DNA of 64,000 nucleotides, from positions 682,001 through 746,000 of the forward strand of contig LSRY02000045.1 in NCBI GenBank assembly GCA_001643675.2, in the 5' to 3' direction. Made by a program: the position numbers and the translations under genes. Positions 24,901 to 37,398 of this stretch are shown here, one piece after another; positions within the stretch are counted from its first letter, which is position 1; each line of letters starts with the position of its first letter. This DNA comes from Monocercomonoides exilis PA203. Lineage: Eukaryota > Protista > Preaxostyla. The notes under the pieces are model-generated. The model had not been told where the DNA came from, ran no database searches, and was given only the letters and a program-made list of their open reading frames with translations.

Positions 24901-25982
24901 AACAAGAAATCAAAAAAAGATCTCCTTCTCCTTCAAAATCTTCAATTTCTTCTTCTGACACAGACTCATCCTTTGTCCGCATGGAGGATATGTGTCCAAC
25001 TACTTCATCAATGTCGAATCTGGTAGATGCAATGGCTTGCTCATCTCCTCATGAAAAGTTAATTGTTGACTTGAGAGATTCGTTGTTCATGCTGCTTCAT
25101 GGAAGGAATAAGACAAAAGAGATGGCAATAGGAACATTGAAGGAAAGAGAGCAGACAGCAGCAGAAGTGCTGCTGGTGGTGGCGAATCTGGCACTCCACT
25201 CGTTTGATGAAATGGAAGTTCCTCTTCAATCTCTTTCCAATTTGAGTCCGCATATTGTGCTGTTCTCCGAACACATGGTGATCTGCATTGTGATGCACTC
25301 AGACTGCTCGTCAGATGATGACTCGGATTCATCGTCGATCTCTTCATTGACAATTGTTTCTTCTTCGTCCAATATTTCATTGATGAGCGAAAGATTCACC
25401 GATTCTCCACCTCCATCATCCGCGTTTGAGGATGATGAAAACGCCAGAAAAGAGTTTTTGAGATGGAAAGCACCAGAGCTGCTGATGAACAAGAAGATGG
25501 GAGCAACGAAGGAGTCGGTTGTGTTTTCGATGGGGATGATGCTGTGGGAGATTCTGACAGTGGAGATTCCGTTTGGGGATTATTCAGCAGAGGGAGCGGG
25601 GCAGAAGATTGTTCGTGGGGAGAGGCCGGAGATGAAGGGAGTGAGGGTGTCTGTGTTTGGGGAGGTGGTGTCGCGGTGCTTGTCGTGGGAGAGGAGCAAG
25701 CGTCCGAGGCTGGGAGAACTGAAGAGAGAGTTTGTTGGAGGATGTGGGGCGAGTGGGATGATGGTGACCGAATCAGATGCGATTGGGATATGCGACAAGG
25801 AGACGAGCAGTGTGGAGGAGGAAGGTGGAAAAGAAGGGATTGGAGAGAATGAGAAAAGGAGTGAGAAAGGGAGTGAGAAGGGGAATAAGAAAAGGAGTGA
25901 GAAAGGGAGTGAGAAAGTGAGTGAGATAGCGAATGGTGCACGAGAGAGAAAAGAGAGGATTGAGCAAACGAACAATGTTTGA
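18916..25982 (+). pseudogene. giant Cys/Gly-rich beta-helix-like surface receptor with a TM helix and a C-terminal kinase-like (pseudokinase) domain, disrupted
   Basis: Signal-like N-terminus, repeated FxxC..GGG/GGAI motifs, CG-x4-PC modules, TM (YWIIIVVVFAVLFLIVLIVSIVVTIRW), then RWKAPE..VFSMGMMLWE..IPF..GERP..CLS..RP. Interrupted by TAA at 22114, TGA at 23437 and a 1-nt frameshift near 24600. Intronless. Confidence 0.88.
25845..25930 (+). repeat. 12-bp coding tandem repeat (GAGAAAGGGAGT-like, EKGS/EKRS x~7)
   Basis: Seen in the sequence and in the translation of the receptor C-terminal tail. Confidence 0.8.
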
Positions 25983-26953
25983 TAGCTGTTTTTGGTTGCG
26001 TGTTTCGTGGGGTTGCGTGCTTGTTTGTATGTTGAGGATTGTGATGTCTGTTGTCTAAAGGCCAGAGAAAGATTTTGTGAGTTTGATGGAGGTGTTTGTG
26101 TGAAAAATGCTGTTGTGGTGGATGTGTGCCATTGATAGTTTTGAGTATGAGTTTTTTAACTTCTTGTTTGTATGAATTCCTCATTCTTTTAAATTTCTCT
26201 TCATTCATTTGATCTGTCTGTCTGTATGTATGAATGTATTCATTATGTTCCTTTTTTTTTCTCTTGTTTCTATGTGTTATTGTTGGTTTTGTAAAAGCTC
26301 GAACAACCACATCACTTCCATTTTCAATGGAAAAGTTGTTCCAAAAATTATAATTAACATCGACATGGCATTTTAAAAAGATCACAAATGAAAGAATTGG
26401 ATCATTTTTAATAACAACTTGGTTGAAAATTTATTTACACCAAAAATAATTCTAATTCGAAAAAAAATAATTCAATTTCAAAAACTAATACTTCAATTTA
26501 GAGATAAATTTTATTCGAAAACACAAATCTTTTTCGTTTGTTGATTTCGAAAATTTTCTGGAAATCATACAACCAATAACATACATCACTCGAACTTAAA
26601 TGAATTTTTGATCAAAATTAATAATAAAAATTTTTTGAGAAAAATATTTAAATTTTCGAAAATCAGCACTCTTATGTCAAATTAAAAGAATGAAAATGTG
26701 TTTCTTTCAATAAAATGAATCAATCGATAATTAATAAATCTTGTTAACTGAAAATATTTATGAAAATAGTCCTTAAGTGAGAAAATATTGACGCTTGTTT
26801 GTAAAAATAAAACTAACTTCAATTATTTAACTGAAAATGAATTTCTTTCATTTTTTAACTAATTAATAAATTATGAAAACCAAAACATATTCATTTTTTT
26901 ATACGATAATGCAACATTATTTATATTATGATCAACAAAAATTATAGAAGAAG

Positions 26954-27281
26954 GCGAGTGAAAAAAACCCTTGTATATGACATTTTCATTTGAATAAATC
27001 AACAAATTCCATATATGTGAAAGTTTGTTGAATTTCAACTCCGCCTTTGACTTCTTTTTGTCCAATATTTCGTATTTCAATTGAAAAATCTGAAACAAAA
27101 TAATTTGGTCTTTATTGATCATATGACCCAGTTGTTTTGTTTCAGTTTTTTCAATTGAAATACGAAATATTGGACAAAAAGAAGTCAAAGGCGGAGTTGA
27201 AATTCAACAAACTTTCACATATATGGAATTTGTTGATTTATTCAAATGAAAATGTCATATACAAGGGTTTTTTTCACTTGC
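26954..27281. repeat. long hairpin: ~157-bp inverted arms, 14-nt loop
   Basis: 26957-27088 pairs exactly with 27147-27278. The inner ~22 bp of the arms carry 4 mismatches. Loop 27111-27124. Confidence 0.95.
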
Positions 27282-27829
27282 GATGGGGCATTAATCATGC
27301 GTATTTGAATCATATTATTCATGCTATTTTTTCACAAATAAAAAATCTTTTATTTCAAAATTTTATTGTATTTGTCAATTTATATTATTTAATTTTTTTC
27401 ATGTGTCTCATTTTTTTTTTTGAACAATTCAATATGGTAAGAAATTTTTGCATTATGAATTATGTTCCACAAAATTCAGTCACTCACCATTCATGTTTGT
27501 TGTTAAATGTTGTCAACAATAATTCTTTAATTATTATGGTTGTTTCGGTTTTGCATGTTTGTCTATCTTTTTTCTGGAAATACCTTTTGTATTATCAACT
27601 TTTAGTACATCTTCATTTGGAACAGTTTTAACATAATTCATTCCAAAATGAGACCTCCAAATCATTTCATCATTTTTGTCTCGAAACTCTTCAAAAACAA
27701 AAGTTTCATTAATTCGTTCCTTTTTCGATGCATGTGAAATGAGAAAAGTGAAAATTCCTTCAAACATTCGAATTGCAATGGAACTCAATTGCACACCGAG
27801 TGTTATCTGCAGATTCGAACCGGATTCAA

Positions 27830-28563
27830 AATGAAAAATGTTCCTGAGAAAAAGAACACGTTGATGATTCGAAAGAAAGAAGAACGAGTCATGGAAATAC
27901 TGAAAAATTCATAAGATAAAAGAAAGCAAATCACATCATAAACGCTTTGAGTCGTTGTTGCGAAAGTTTGTCATGAAATGCCTTCTCACAATTCACATTT
28001 TTCATTCATGAAAAGGCATGCCGAGGAATTGATGATCGTCTCTTCAAGAGTGAGAGATGAAAAAAGAATGAAATTTTCTGAACAAAGTATTTTTACCTGG
28101 ATAAATCATTTAACTCAATGTGTAAATGGAAAATATTCTTCAATGATCTTCTGTACTGATGAATCAGGTTATCATGCCTATGAAGACACAAGAAATGTGA
28201 ACCTTATTGTTGGAACAAATGATAATCGTGAAATTAATCACATACCTGTGGACAGAGGAGAAAAAAGGATTTCATTGCTCCATTGCATTTCGCTTGATGG
28301 GACTTTTGTTCCTCCTTGTTTTCTGGTGCAAAAACCATTCAACACTAGATCTCTTCAGTCTCTTTGCTATCAAATATGAATTCATGGTTGTGTGGAAATC
28401 GGAAATTCGTCTCATTTCACAAATAAGTTGTTTGAAAACTGGATTGAGAAAGTTTTCATTCCTCATATGGGGGAAAATACGGACTTTCAAGCTTTTTATG
28501 CACACAGCAAGAAAAAATTGTTTCACTTATAACTTTGTTTCGTTTTCTCGGATTTCAAAATAA
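27830..28563 (+). pseudogene. truncated, frameshifted pogo/CENP-B-like (DDE_1) transposase relic
   Basis: FMKRH..., MIFCTDESG (first catalytic D) and RISLLHCISLDG..PP, followed by a frameshift. The second and third catalytic Asp regions are not recognisable. Confidence 0.75.
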
Positions 28564-31500
28564 ATTTGATTTTTGTATCCGCAAACATGCATCATTGAAA
28601 TCAAAACATAAGGGTTTGTGACATTTCACGAATGCTTAAAAATAAACCCATTTTTATTGTGTTTTTTGCTAAAAAAAAGTCAATGAAAAGTGCATAATTT
28701 TTCATTGAAAATGCCTGAAGTCAAAAATTTCGTCCCATATCAACATCAAAAGAATGATTTTTCCAGATAAGCATGCACAAGCAGTGTTGATGCGTGATGT
28801 GTGCCTAATACACCTGTTTTTCAACGAATTGACTCGACTTGCTAATGAAAATATATTGCTTTCGGTTTTCATCCGAATGCAACACATTTGTTGCTGTCAT
28901 TGGATTTATCAATTATCTCACTTTGGAAGCTTCGAATTCAACAGGTTCGGTTGTGTTCAACGCACGACTGCGTGGAACATCTTTTGTGGGGTGTAATGAA
29001 TGCAATATTGCAAGTTGCTTTATCAATCACAATTTTTCTGTTTTAAAAAAAAGTGGACTTGTGAATGATTTTCACAAAACTCCATCAACAACGCGAATCA
29101 TCAAAGAAAGCTTCGAAAAAGTAATCGAAATCATGAAATTGAACAATAAATTATTTCTACTTTTATGCACAAGACAAACAAAAGGTGGAGAGAAGGGGAA
29201 TAATAAACAAGCCCTGGGTGACGTGATGACTTCTGACGTGACATTATCGATTTTTGACGGACGTGACAAAAATTTCCACGTCACAAAGCAAAACCAACAT
29301 TATTGTTTTATTGTTTCATAAAAATAAATATTTTCCGATTTGAATTTTTTTGAAAATTGAGATAATCAAATTTTCCATTATGAATTTTAAACTGACGTTC
29401 AAGCGGCAATCGGAATTTTGACGCGTCACTGAAGTCACTTCCTGTCAGCTATTCGAAAAAGTTTAATGAATGAGCAAAAGAACAAAATAAACCACTCATA
29501 TCAAAAGAAAGTTTTGATTTCATTTTTCAGGAAACACAACCATTAATTCTCTTATTGTGGAAGATTATTCAACTTTTATTATGAAAGAGTCAATGACAAA
29601 TCTGTAAAATCCAAAAAATAAAACTATTTATCGTTTTTCACACTGATGCAAACAATGGAATGGAGAATATTGACAAGGTTTGAATTGCACATCTATTTAA
29701 ATTAAAAATTTATTAACATTTTTGTTATAATTCTTTTTCAAAATGTTTATTAATTTTGTTTGGCGAATTTATGTCATTCAAAATTTTCAAATAAAAATTT
29801 TGAGCATTGAAAAAATGCTTCCATGTCAACAGATAAAAAAATCGATTGCATAAACGTTTCGCACTTTCAACACATATTAAAAAATGATAATAACGGATTT
29901 TCCTTCAATGATTAGCGAAAAATAAACTGAGACTTTTCAAGAAGTCATTGAAATTGTCAAATGCAGATATTCAGAATGTGCAGCATTGCTATTTGAAAAT
30001 TATTGATGCAAATTAGCATATTTGATTAGGAATCTATTATTGAAACAAATGATTCACATTTCATTCCCAGACATTTGAGATGTGTTGTATAAATATAATA
30101 TAGCTTATGGCAATTTCTTTTCTCATCAGAATTACAATTTTTTATTTATAGAACAAGGTTTTTCTAATTCGAACTTTTTAAAAACTTCTTATCATTTATT
30201 TATATTTTTTGCGATTTTGTTTTATTCAATATCAACTTCTCTCTTCTGAGGTTGTTTGATATTTAGGAAATTGAAGCGGAATAATTGAGGAGGTGAGATG
30301 AACTTTAACTTGAAAAAGAAATGGATGAAATACAGACTGGAGCAACGAGAAAAGGAGATATTATCCATTTTTTAATGAGACTGATATTCAAATTAGTTAT
30401 TCAAAAAAGATTTTCACTAAAGAAAATCAGAAAATGAAAATGTCGAAAGGATAAGTCCATTTTTGTCTATTCACATCATTTAGAAAAAGCAAATTATAAA
30501 TTGAATATAATGGAATAAAACATCAAAAGATTCCTTGTTTTCAATTTTGAGAAATAAAAAAAAGGAAGAGTGAAAGATGAAAAAATATTTTTATTAATCA
30601 TTCATACATAAAATAATAAATTAAAATAAACGAAAAAACAAAATCATCAAATTTTATCGGAAAAAATTCTAATGTTGCATGAAATAAAAAGAAAAAATCT
30701 TCATATTTTTCTTTTTCTTTCTTTTCATATATTTCCCTTTTTCTTTTTCCATTTCATAAACCATCTTTCCTTTCAATCGCCTTGAAACCGAATTAGAAAA
30801 ATCTCAAGCCATCACATGTAATTCTGTCATTCTGCATTTGTTTATGAATCTCCTCAAAAACAACATCAATGGATCTTCCTTTCAACAAGTCAAAAATTTC
30901 AAAAGCTCTGTTATTCAAAGCTGCTTCAATCAAAAAATACATCGGTTGTAAATATCTCTGAAATTATCCCTTGATGCTCGATGCACCTGGGCAATGCTGT
31001 TGAATAGCCAAACAAATTCTTCATTTCGCAATCGACAATAGCGTCAATAAATATTTATCATTTCAATTTATCTCGTAAAAAGAAGCACTTCTTTGACTTC
31101 TCTTCCTCTTTTCTCCTCCTTTCTCGTTCAAACAACAAATCTTGTCAGTTCTTCCAGTTCTCTTTTTATTTCTCTTATGAAATGCAAATCATTCACAATG
31201 ACATATGGGTAATTCTTTTTGAAAAGTCGCAAACGTTTAACTGATCTGAAAATTAGATCAAAAATGATCAAAAAATGTTGATCATTCCGTTACCATCATA
31301 TGTTGCTGAGTATTATTCTTTTCAGTTTTGTCACCCTATCTCCGAATATTGCGTTTCAATGAAACAGATTTCATATATTATTTTCACTGCTAAATCATAT
31401 TTATGAAATTTAAACTTTTTTTCTTGTTTTTTGGAGCAACTGAATAATTTGTTCATATTTCTTTGTTTTCATTTCAATTGTTCGAATAAACGTTTTGATT

Positions 31501-31887
31501 TTCTGTATGTGGACTTTTTTTTGAATATGTTCCTATGCAGAAAGACTAATAGAATTAGCTTGCTTTTATTCGAGTATTTTTTGTTAGAAATTATTAAACA
31601 GGAAAAATATTTCGAAACTGAGCTGATTGTAATTAAAAGAAATTCAATAGGCTGTTAATATTGAGCTGTTATTAATGTTATAATTCATAAATGAAGAATA
31701 TCATATAATTTCTCAAAAATTTATGTCCTTTTATAAAATATATTCAAAAAAGAAATGACATCTCAAGTTTTGAATCATATCAAGAATCATATCTTAAATA
31801 GCTTTCAACTTTTCATTTTCTTTTTTGCACATCCGTTTATTCTCATTTCAACACCCTTCCAAAAGAAATTCTGTTCAAACTATTCCA

Positions 31888-34800
31888 TCAGATCAAAAAA
31901 GATGAGATTTCAGTAATGATTGACGTCTCTAATTTGAACATGGACTTTGTGTTTGTGACACGAAAGGAGCTGCAATTTTGTGTGATGAGTTGAATCAAAA
32001 AGCTTCTTGAAGCTGATGCACTGCAGCATTCGTCTCTTTTCTCAGCGCCATTAAAATTCTTTATCTTTTTTAACTGGAGCAGCTCTCCAGTCAGTTTCTC
32101 CATTCTGGAGATGGAGAAACAAGGAGAAGAAAGCTGCAGGAGATGATAAATCATCTTCATCTTTGCCTTCGTCATCAGCGCCTGCAGTTGTTCCTTCGGA
32201 TGCATCGTCAGTGGAGGCTTCATGCATTTCGGCAGCAGCGACGAACGAAATTGAGAGGTGGCTACGGATAGTTGTGAAGAAAGCAGCTGGGTTGTTGTTG
32301 CTTCCATTGTTGCAATCACTTCAATCACTTCAATCACTATTACATGCACTCTAAGTTTTCAAAGTTGGCTTGTTGTGCTCTGCTGAACAGAATGTGCTGT
32401 GTTCGTTCAATGTGTAATGCTTTTCATTCAACTTGTGGCTTTGCTCCCATTTCTTGATGACTTCCTGAGAAAGAAGTCGTAAAAAAACCTGTCAAAACAG
32501 CGGTTGATGTGAATGCGTCACTGCCAATATTCAATCCGCCTGAGCCATCGCTGGCTTCATTGACCATTGAATTCCTTGCAAACCGATAGAAGCAGTCGAG
32601 ACATGCGGAGTAATGAAGATGGACAACAAAATTAGGAGGCGAATGGTTGCTGTGAATAAAGTGGGAGAGATTGTGGAGAAGATGCTGGAGGCGGCGGAGC
32701 AGAGGGGCTGATGATGGAAGATGTGCTACTGTCGCCTGCAGCGATAATGCTGCATTTGCTGGAAGAAAGAAATGAAGAAGAAGAAGTTGGAAAAGGAAAA
32801 GGAGGAGAATAGGATGAGCGGGCTGACAGAGCAGTGGCAGTAGAAGGACAAGATTATCCAGATGAATTAGAGGAAGAAACTGGAGCTGAACGAGAGGAAC
32901 AACGCAGAGGTGATGCAGGTGAAGGATGTGAAGGAGCAGCTGGTGACGATGAAGAAGAAGGCGGAACTGATTAATATGAGGATTGAGAAGTGAAGAATCG
33001 ATGCGCGCAGCAGGGCGTTGTGGTGAGTTGGAACAGCAAGGGGTCGATGCAGGAAATTGAAGTTTCACTTGCACCGTATTCTTTGTTAATGTCTGTATGT
33101 GGACGAATAATTCTGTCTAAGGCTTCGCTGATTCCGCTGTTGTGCTGTGTAAAAAGCACAAGGAGAAGTTCACAGCGAGCATCGGGGATGGAAGTATTGT
33201 GATGCTTGGGCTAGATCTCAATGGGAAGGGGGTTTTCGTGAAAGTGGGGAGCGGGGTGAGTGTTGTGAGAAAAACAAACAACGATAGTGGAAGAGGTTGT
33301 GGAAGTGAGGGAACGAGATCTGGGATCAGCAAGAGATCAGAGAAGAATGGTGCCGAGGCCAGTGATGGCGGTGATTGTGGAGGAGGAGTTGATGAAACTG
33401 TGAGACAGAAGAATTGCAAAACGGAGAAGGAATTGAAGGTGATGATTGTATTGTCGAAATTGCAGAAGTAGACTGCATGCGAGCAGAAGATGCTGTTCAA
33501 GAAGGCGATTGAGAAGCAGCAGAAGGCGCTTGAGCAAAAAAGAAGGAGCAGATGAAAATGAATGCATCATATGAAGAGATTGCTTAATGAATGCCTGGTA
33601 ATGTGAAGAAGCTGGAAGAGAATGCGGTGCAAGTGGACTTTGGAGTAAGTAGGGAAGAAAAGACTGTAGAAAGAGACGAGAGAGATAGATGGAGAAAGGA
33701 GGAGGAAGAGGAACAGAAGTTAAGGTGTTGAATACGAGGAAGAAGAGGAGTGTGAAAAGGCAGCAGAAAGAAATGCAAGCGCGCAGTAGGGGATTCCGCT
33801 GTATCAGCATAATGATCCGAAGAGAGAGCGGGATGACTGGATGTGAACTGCAGTTCCAGCAATGGCAAAGAAAAATGAAGGGAAGGCGAATGTCGTGCAG
33901 TGGCTGTATTTGCTTCTTGAGCAGATGACAGACAGAAGAGAACGGGAAGAGGCGGAGTGGCTTGTGACTTCGCCTGGCGGATTAGGTGCAGGGCTGTCTG
34001 GGGCAGGTGGGGTGCCTTTGCCAGCGGTGTAGACGGCGAGGGAGCAGCTTATAAAAACAATCTTTGTGTCGCTAGAACAAGAAACGTGTATATCAGCACA
34101 TGTGCTTCGGGTGCCACACTCGCGGCGGTCGTCTGTGCAGATGAAGCGTTTGTTGAAGTTGCTGAAGATAGGACTGCAGTCGTAGCTAACGTGGAAGCTG
34201 ACGTAGATTCTGTAGATATTCGTATTCAAGATCGCAACAGACTAGGGCGGGTGCAATCTCAGGTGCGCAGGGGAGGGGGCGGTGAGGCAGGGGCAGAAGA
34301 AAGCGACGCAGAAGATGAGCGAGGCGGTGCTGTGGGCTTGGATGAATGGGGAAGAACTGTTCAGGAAAGACTTTGCAGAGATGGAACTGCTTGGGGAATT
34401 TGTACAGAAGGAGTTAACTGTAATTGAATTGGAGTTTTCCTGTCATTGAATGGTGTTTGAAGTGGTGTGGGAGAAGAGATTCAAATGTCTGTTGGTTGTT
34501 TGAGGGGATACAGTTGGAGAATACGAATGCAGATGCCTCTATGTTCATGGTGTTTCTGCCGAATAACTTTAGGGAAGAAGCAGCTTCCGGATGTTTGCGA
34601 TGAAGCTGACAAGTTACAGCCTTTACAAAAGTATTTGAATTATGTGATTGTGAAGGCGGCAAGATGGTGTTGGTCAACTTGGAGCAGGAGTTTCATTCAG
34701 TATCGAATGTGACGTGTGAATTGTTTGGGCTGAAGCAACAAGTGTGGATTGTACAGTCGGTGGAAGAGAAGAAAGAATGGCGGTGGGTGTAGTTCCATAT

Positions 34801-34900
34801 TGTGCGGCTGCTGGAAGGGATGGTGAGGCTGCAGCTGAGGAGGATGTGCAGTCGATGGTGGAGACAAAAGAAGGACAGATTGTGCTTGTGCAATTTTGTT
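31888..34900 (-). pseudogene. decayed GC-richer, Ser/Pro/Ala-rich host-like coding sequence inside the hAT element
   Basis: Sharp GC rise with many short broken readings on the minus strand. No recognisable domain. Confidence 0.35.
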
Positions 34901-35185
34901 AGAGATGTAGTTTCACAAAAAAATGGCATTGAAAATGAAGAAAAAGTCATATTTTTCAATAATTCATCAACATCTGTTTCTTCATCGCTGTATAAAACAA
35001 ATACAGAATGGAAAGTGATGAAATAAAGCAATGCTCTCTGATTATTTGCTGGATATTGCATATGATCAACCATCAAATTTACAAAACAATATTATCATCA
35101 CCGTTTTCATCTCGTCGTAACCTTTTTCTTTTTCCTTCTTTTCCTTCTTTTTGCAATGAAACTTGATCATTTTTGGAGAATTTGA

Positions 35186-35400
35186 GGGAAGAAGAAGGAG
35201 AAGAAGAAGAAGAGGAGGAGGAGGAGGAGGAGGAGGAGAGGAAGAGGATGAAGAAGAAGAAGAGGAAGAGGAAGAGGAAGAAGAGGAAGAAGAGGAAGAA
35301 GAGGAAGAAGAGGAAGAAGAATAATTTGGTAAAGTGGAAGAAGAGGTAGAAGAAAAAATTTATGAAAATTTTTAAGAAGAAGGAAAAGAAGTTGAAGAGA
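35186..35400. repeat. GAA/GAG purine microsatellite, including (GAAGAAGAG)n
   Basis: Read directly from the sequence. Confidence 0.9.
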
Positions 35401-35419
35401 AACCAAAAGAACAGAAGCT

Positions 35420-36285
35420 GCTAACGAATTCCTTGAGCAATACTTGAATGATGGGCTTCCAGGAGAAATTGTTCCTGAAGTTGAGCTGTTAATCACAAGG
35501 ACACAGCATAAGGACAACTTCACTTTATCTGAAACAACCCAAACAAATAAAATCCTTTAACAACTGCTAAGTTTGAACTAATAAGTGGTTGACACAATTT
35601 GTTCCAATCTCACAGTTGTAATATTTGTCTCATCTCCATTAAACAGAAATGAAGGCTTCTTGAACGAAAGGAGTAACACTGAGCAGTTATCAACATACAG
35701 AATTTCATTTTCGATGTTCAACAATGTCAAATTGAGAACAGAATGTTCAATGATTTCTGATTGGCTAACTGAAGAAAAATCTACAAATGGAAGAGATAGC
35801 TGGTTATTTTCTTCGAGGATTAGAGAATCTCCAGAATACGAAAACGATTAGTCAAAGGTGAATTTTTATTTTTCGATCCGAACATTCTCTGAGGTTGAGA
35901 TAAGGCTTCTTTCATTGCCAGGAATTGTTGAGTTCAGATACACAAAAGCGGATGAAGGAGATTCCAGGGAGTGTATGCTGACATTATATGCACCGCATTC
36001 CCCAACAACAACTGTTTTTTTGGAGATTAGCAATTTCGAATAAGATGAAGGAATGATGTGCTGAATTCCAAAGCTTAATGAGCGGCATGGCGCTTTGAAC
36101 TCTCCACACTCCCTATTGTCCTCATGGTTATCAATAACAGCAGATAGAAATATCGTCTTGCTCTGGCATTTCACATCATTCAGCTGAATATCCATTTCTT
36201 CTTCTTAAGAGTCTGTTTCGCAGTCCCATATTGAAGGGTATTTCAAAAAATGTGCTCTGAAATATGCAGCAAACTTTCCAAGCTA
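35420..36285 (-). pseudogene. internal fragment of a surface-receptor family gene (CG-x4-PC module region)
   Basis: TIFLS..DNRECGEFKAPCRSLSFGIQHI..KLLI..LISTSENVRIEK parallels DTIVVSS..NDRQCGTNTLPCDSIEHGLVHL of the 22117 ORF. Contains stops and frameshifts. Confidence 0.75.
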
Positions 36286-37398
36286 AAAAAAAGAAAGTTT
36301 ATATTTTTATGAATAAATTATGCATTCATATCAAAACAAAACGAAAACCGTTTGACTTGCTTATTTAATATCTTTATCAAACTTGTGAGAGGATTCTTTG
36401 CATTTATTGAAATTCCAGGCACATTCTGCGCAATAAAAAAACATAATCAAATAAAAAATTGATTTATCAACGAAACTCAATTTGTATATGAAAAGCAATC
36501 AAAACATACTTTGAAGATTTCATGAATCAACAATCGCAAAATAGTCCAAGCAATAAAATCCTTTTCACATTGAAAGATTGAAATTCTTATATTGATCAAA
36601 ATTTTTGATACATAATTTTTTGATTAAAAATGTTTTTTTCTGAAAGAAAAAGTTTGTTATAATCCAACAGACATCACTGTGAAAGTTCGATGTTTTTATT
36701 TGAATTATGGTAACGGAGTGTTTTTGAATTAACTAACATGGGTCAAATTTTTGATCTGTAGCGACTTTTCAAAAATAACGACCCATATTCCTAACCTTTG
36801 TCGTTGCAAAATATTTTTATCAATTTCTTCAACTTGTGCAAACTGTATCTTTTATGATTGTATTCAACCAGTTTGCTTTTTCGATATTATAATCGCAGAA
36901 AACAGCACAACGTTTGTTTCTCTTTTTGAACGGACAAAAAACTGAAAAGCAAATATTTATTCACTTTTGACTTTTTATATTTTTGAAATTATCAATGTTC
37001 ACACCATTTCATTGTGAATCTGTATGTTTCAACAAGAAAAACAAAAGAATTGCTCGATTTGTATTTAAAATAATGTTATTATGGGATATGATGATCAAAT
37101 CAAATAATGAAGAATTTTTGTCAAAAGTTTATTTTTCTCTCAAATAAGACTAAGTTATTTAAAAATAAATCGCAATCATAGCTTTTTTCTATTTTTTCTA
37201 TTTTTTTAAATATTTGATATATTTTCTATTTTTTTTTTTTTTTCTTTTTCTTTTCTTTTTTTTTTTTTAGGAGTGGAAAACTGGTGACGGACGTGACAAA
37301 TTTTTTTTCTCACTTCACCCAGGGTTATAATAAACAACAATAGAATGCTCGTTTATTTTGGACTTCAGCAATAGATTTCACTTGGTGAACAACTGATA

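Larger units (their letters stand above)
29209..37327 (+). mobile_element. degenerate hAT-like transposon (~8.1 kb) with a ~6-kb internal insert
   Basis: TIR AAGCCCTGGGTGACGTGA vs the reverse complement of the right end TAACCCTGGGTGAAGTGA. Flanking direct repeat TAATAAAC at 29201-29208 and 37328-37335. Subterminal TGACGGACGTGACAAA at both ends. Decayed transposase motifs: KFINIFV, IITDFPSMIS and RHLRCVV near the left end, and PNLCRCKIFLSISSTCANC (hAT dimerisation-like) near 36790-36850. Confidence 0.75.

Noticed and set aside
26871-27631. Two opposite-strand ORFs sharing the same peptide (FQLKYEILDKKKSKAELKF...)
   Set aside because: A by-product of the inverted repeat, with no coding signature.
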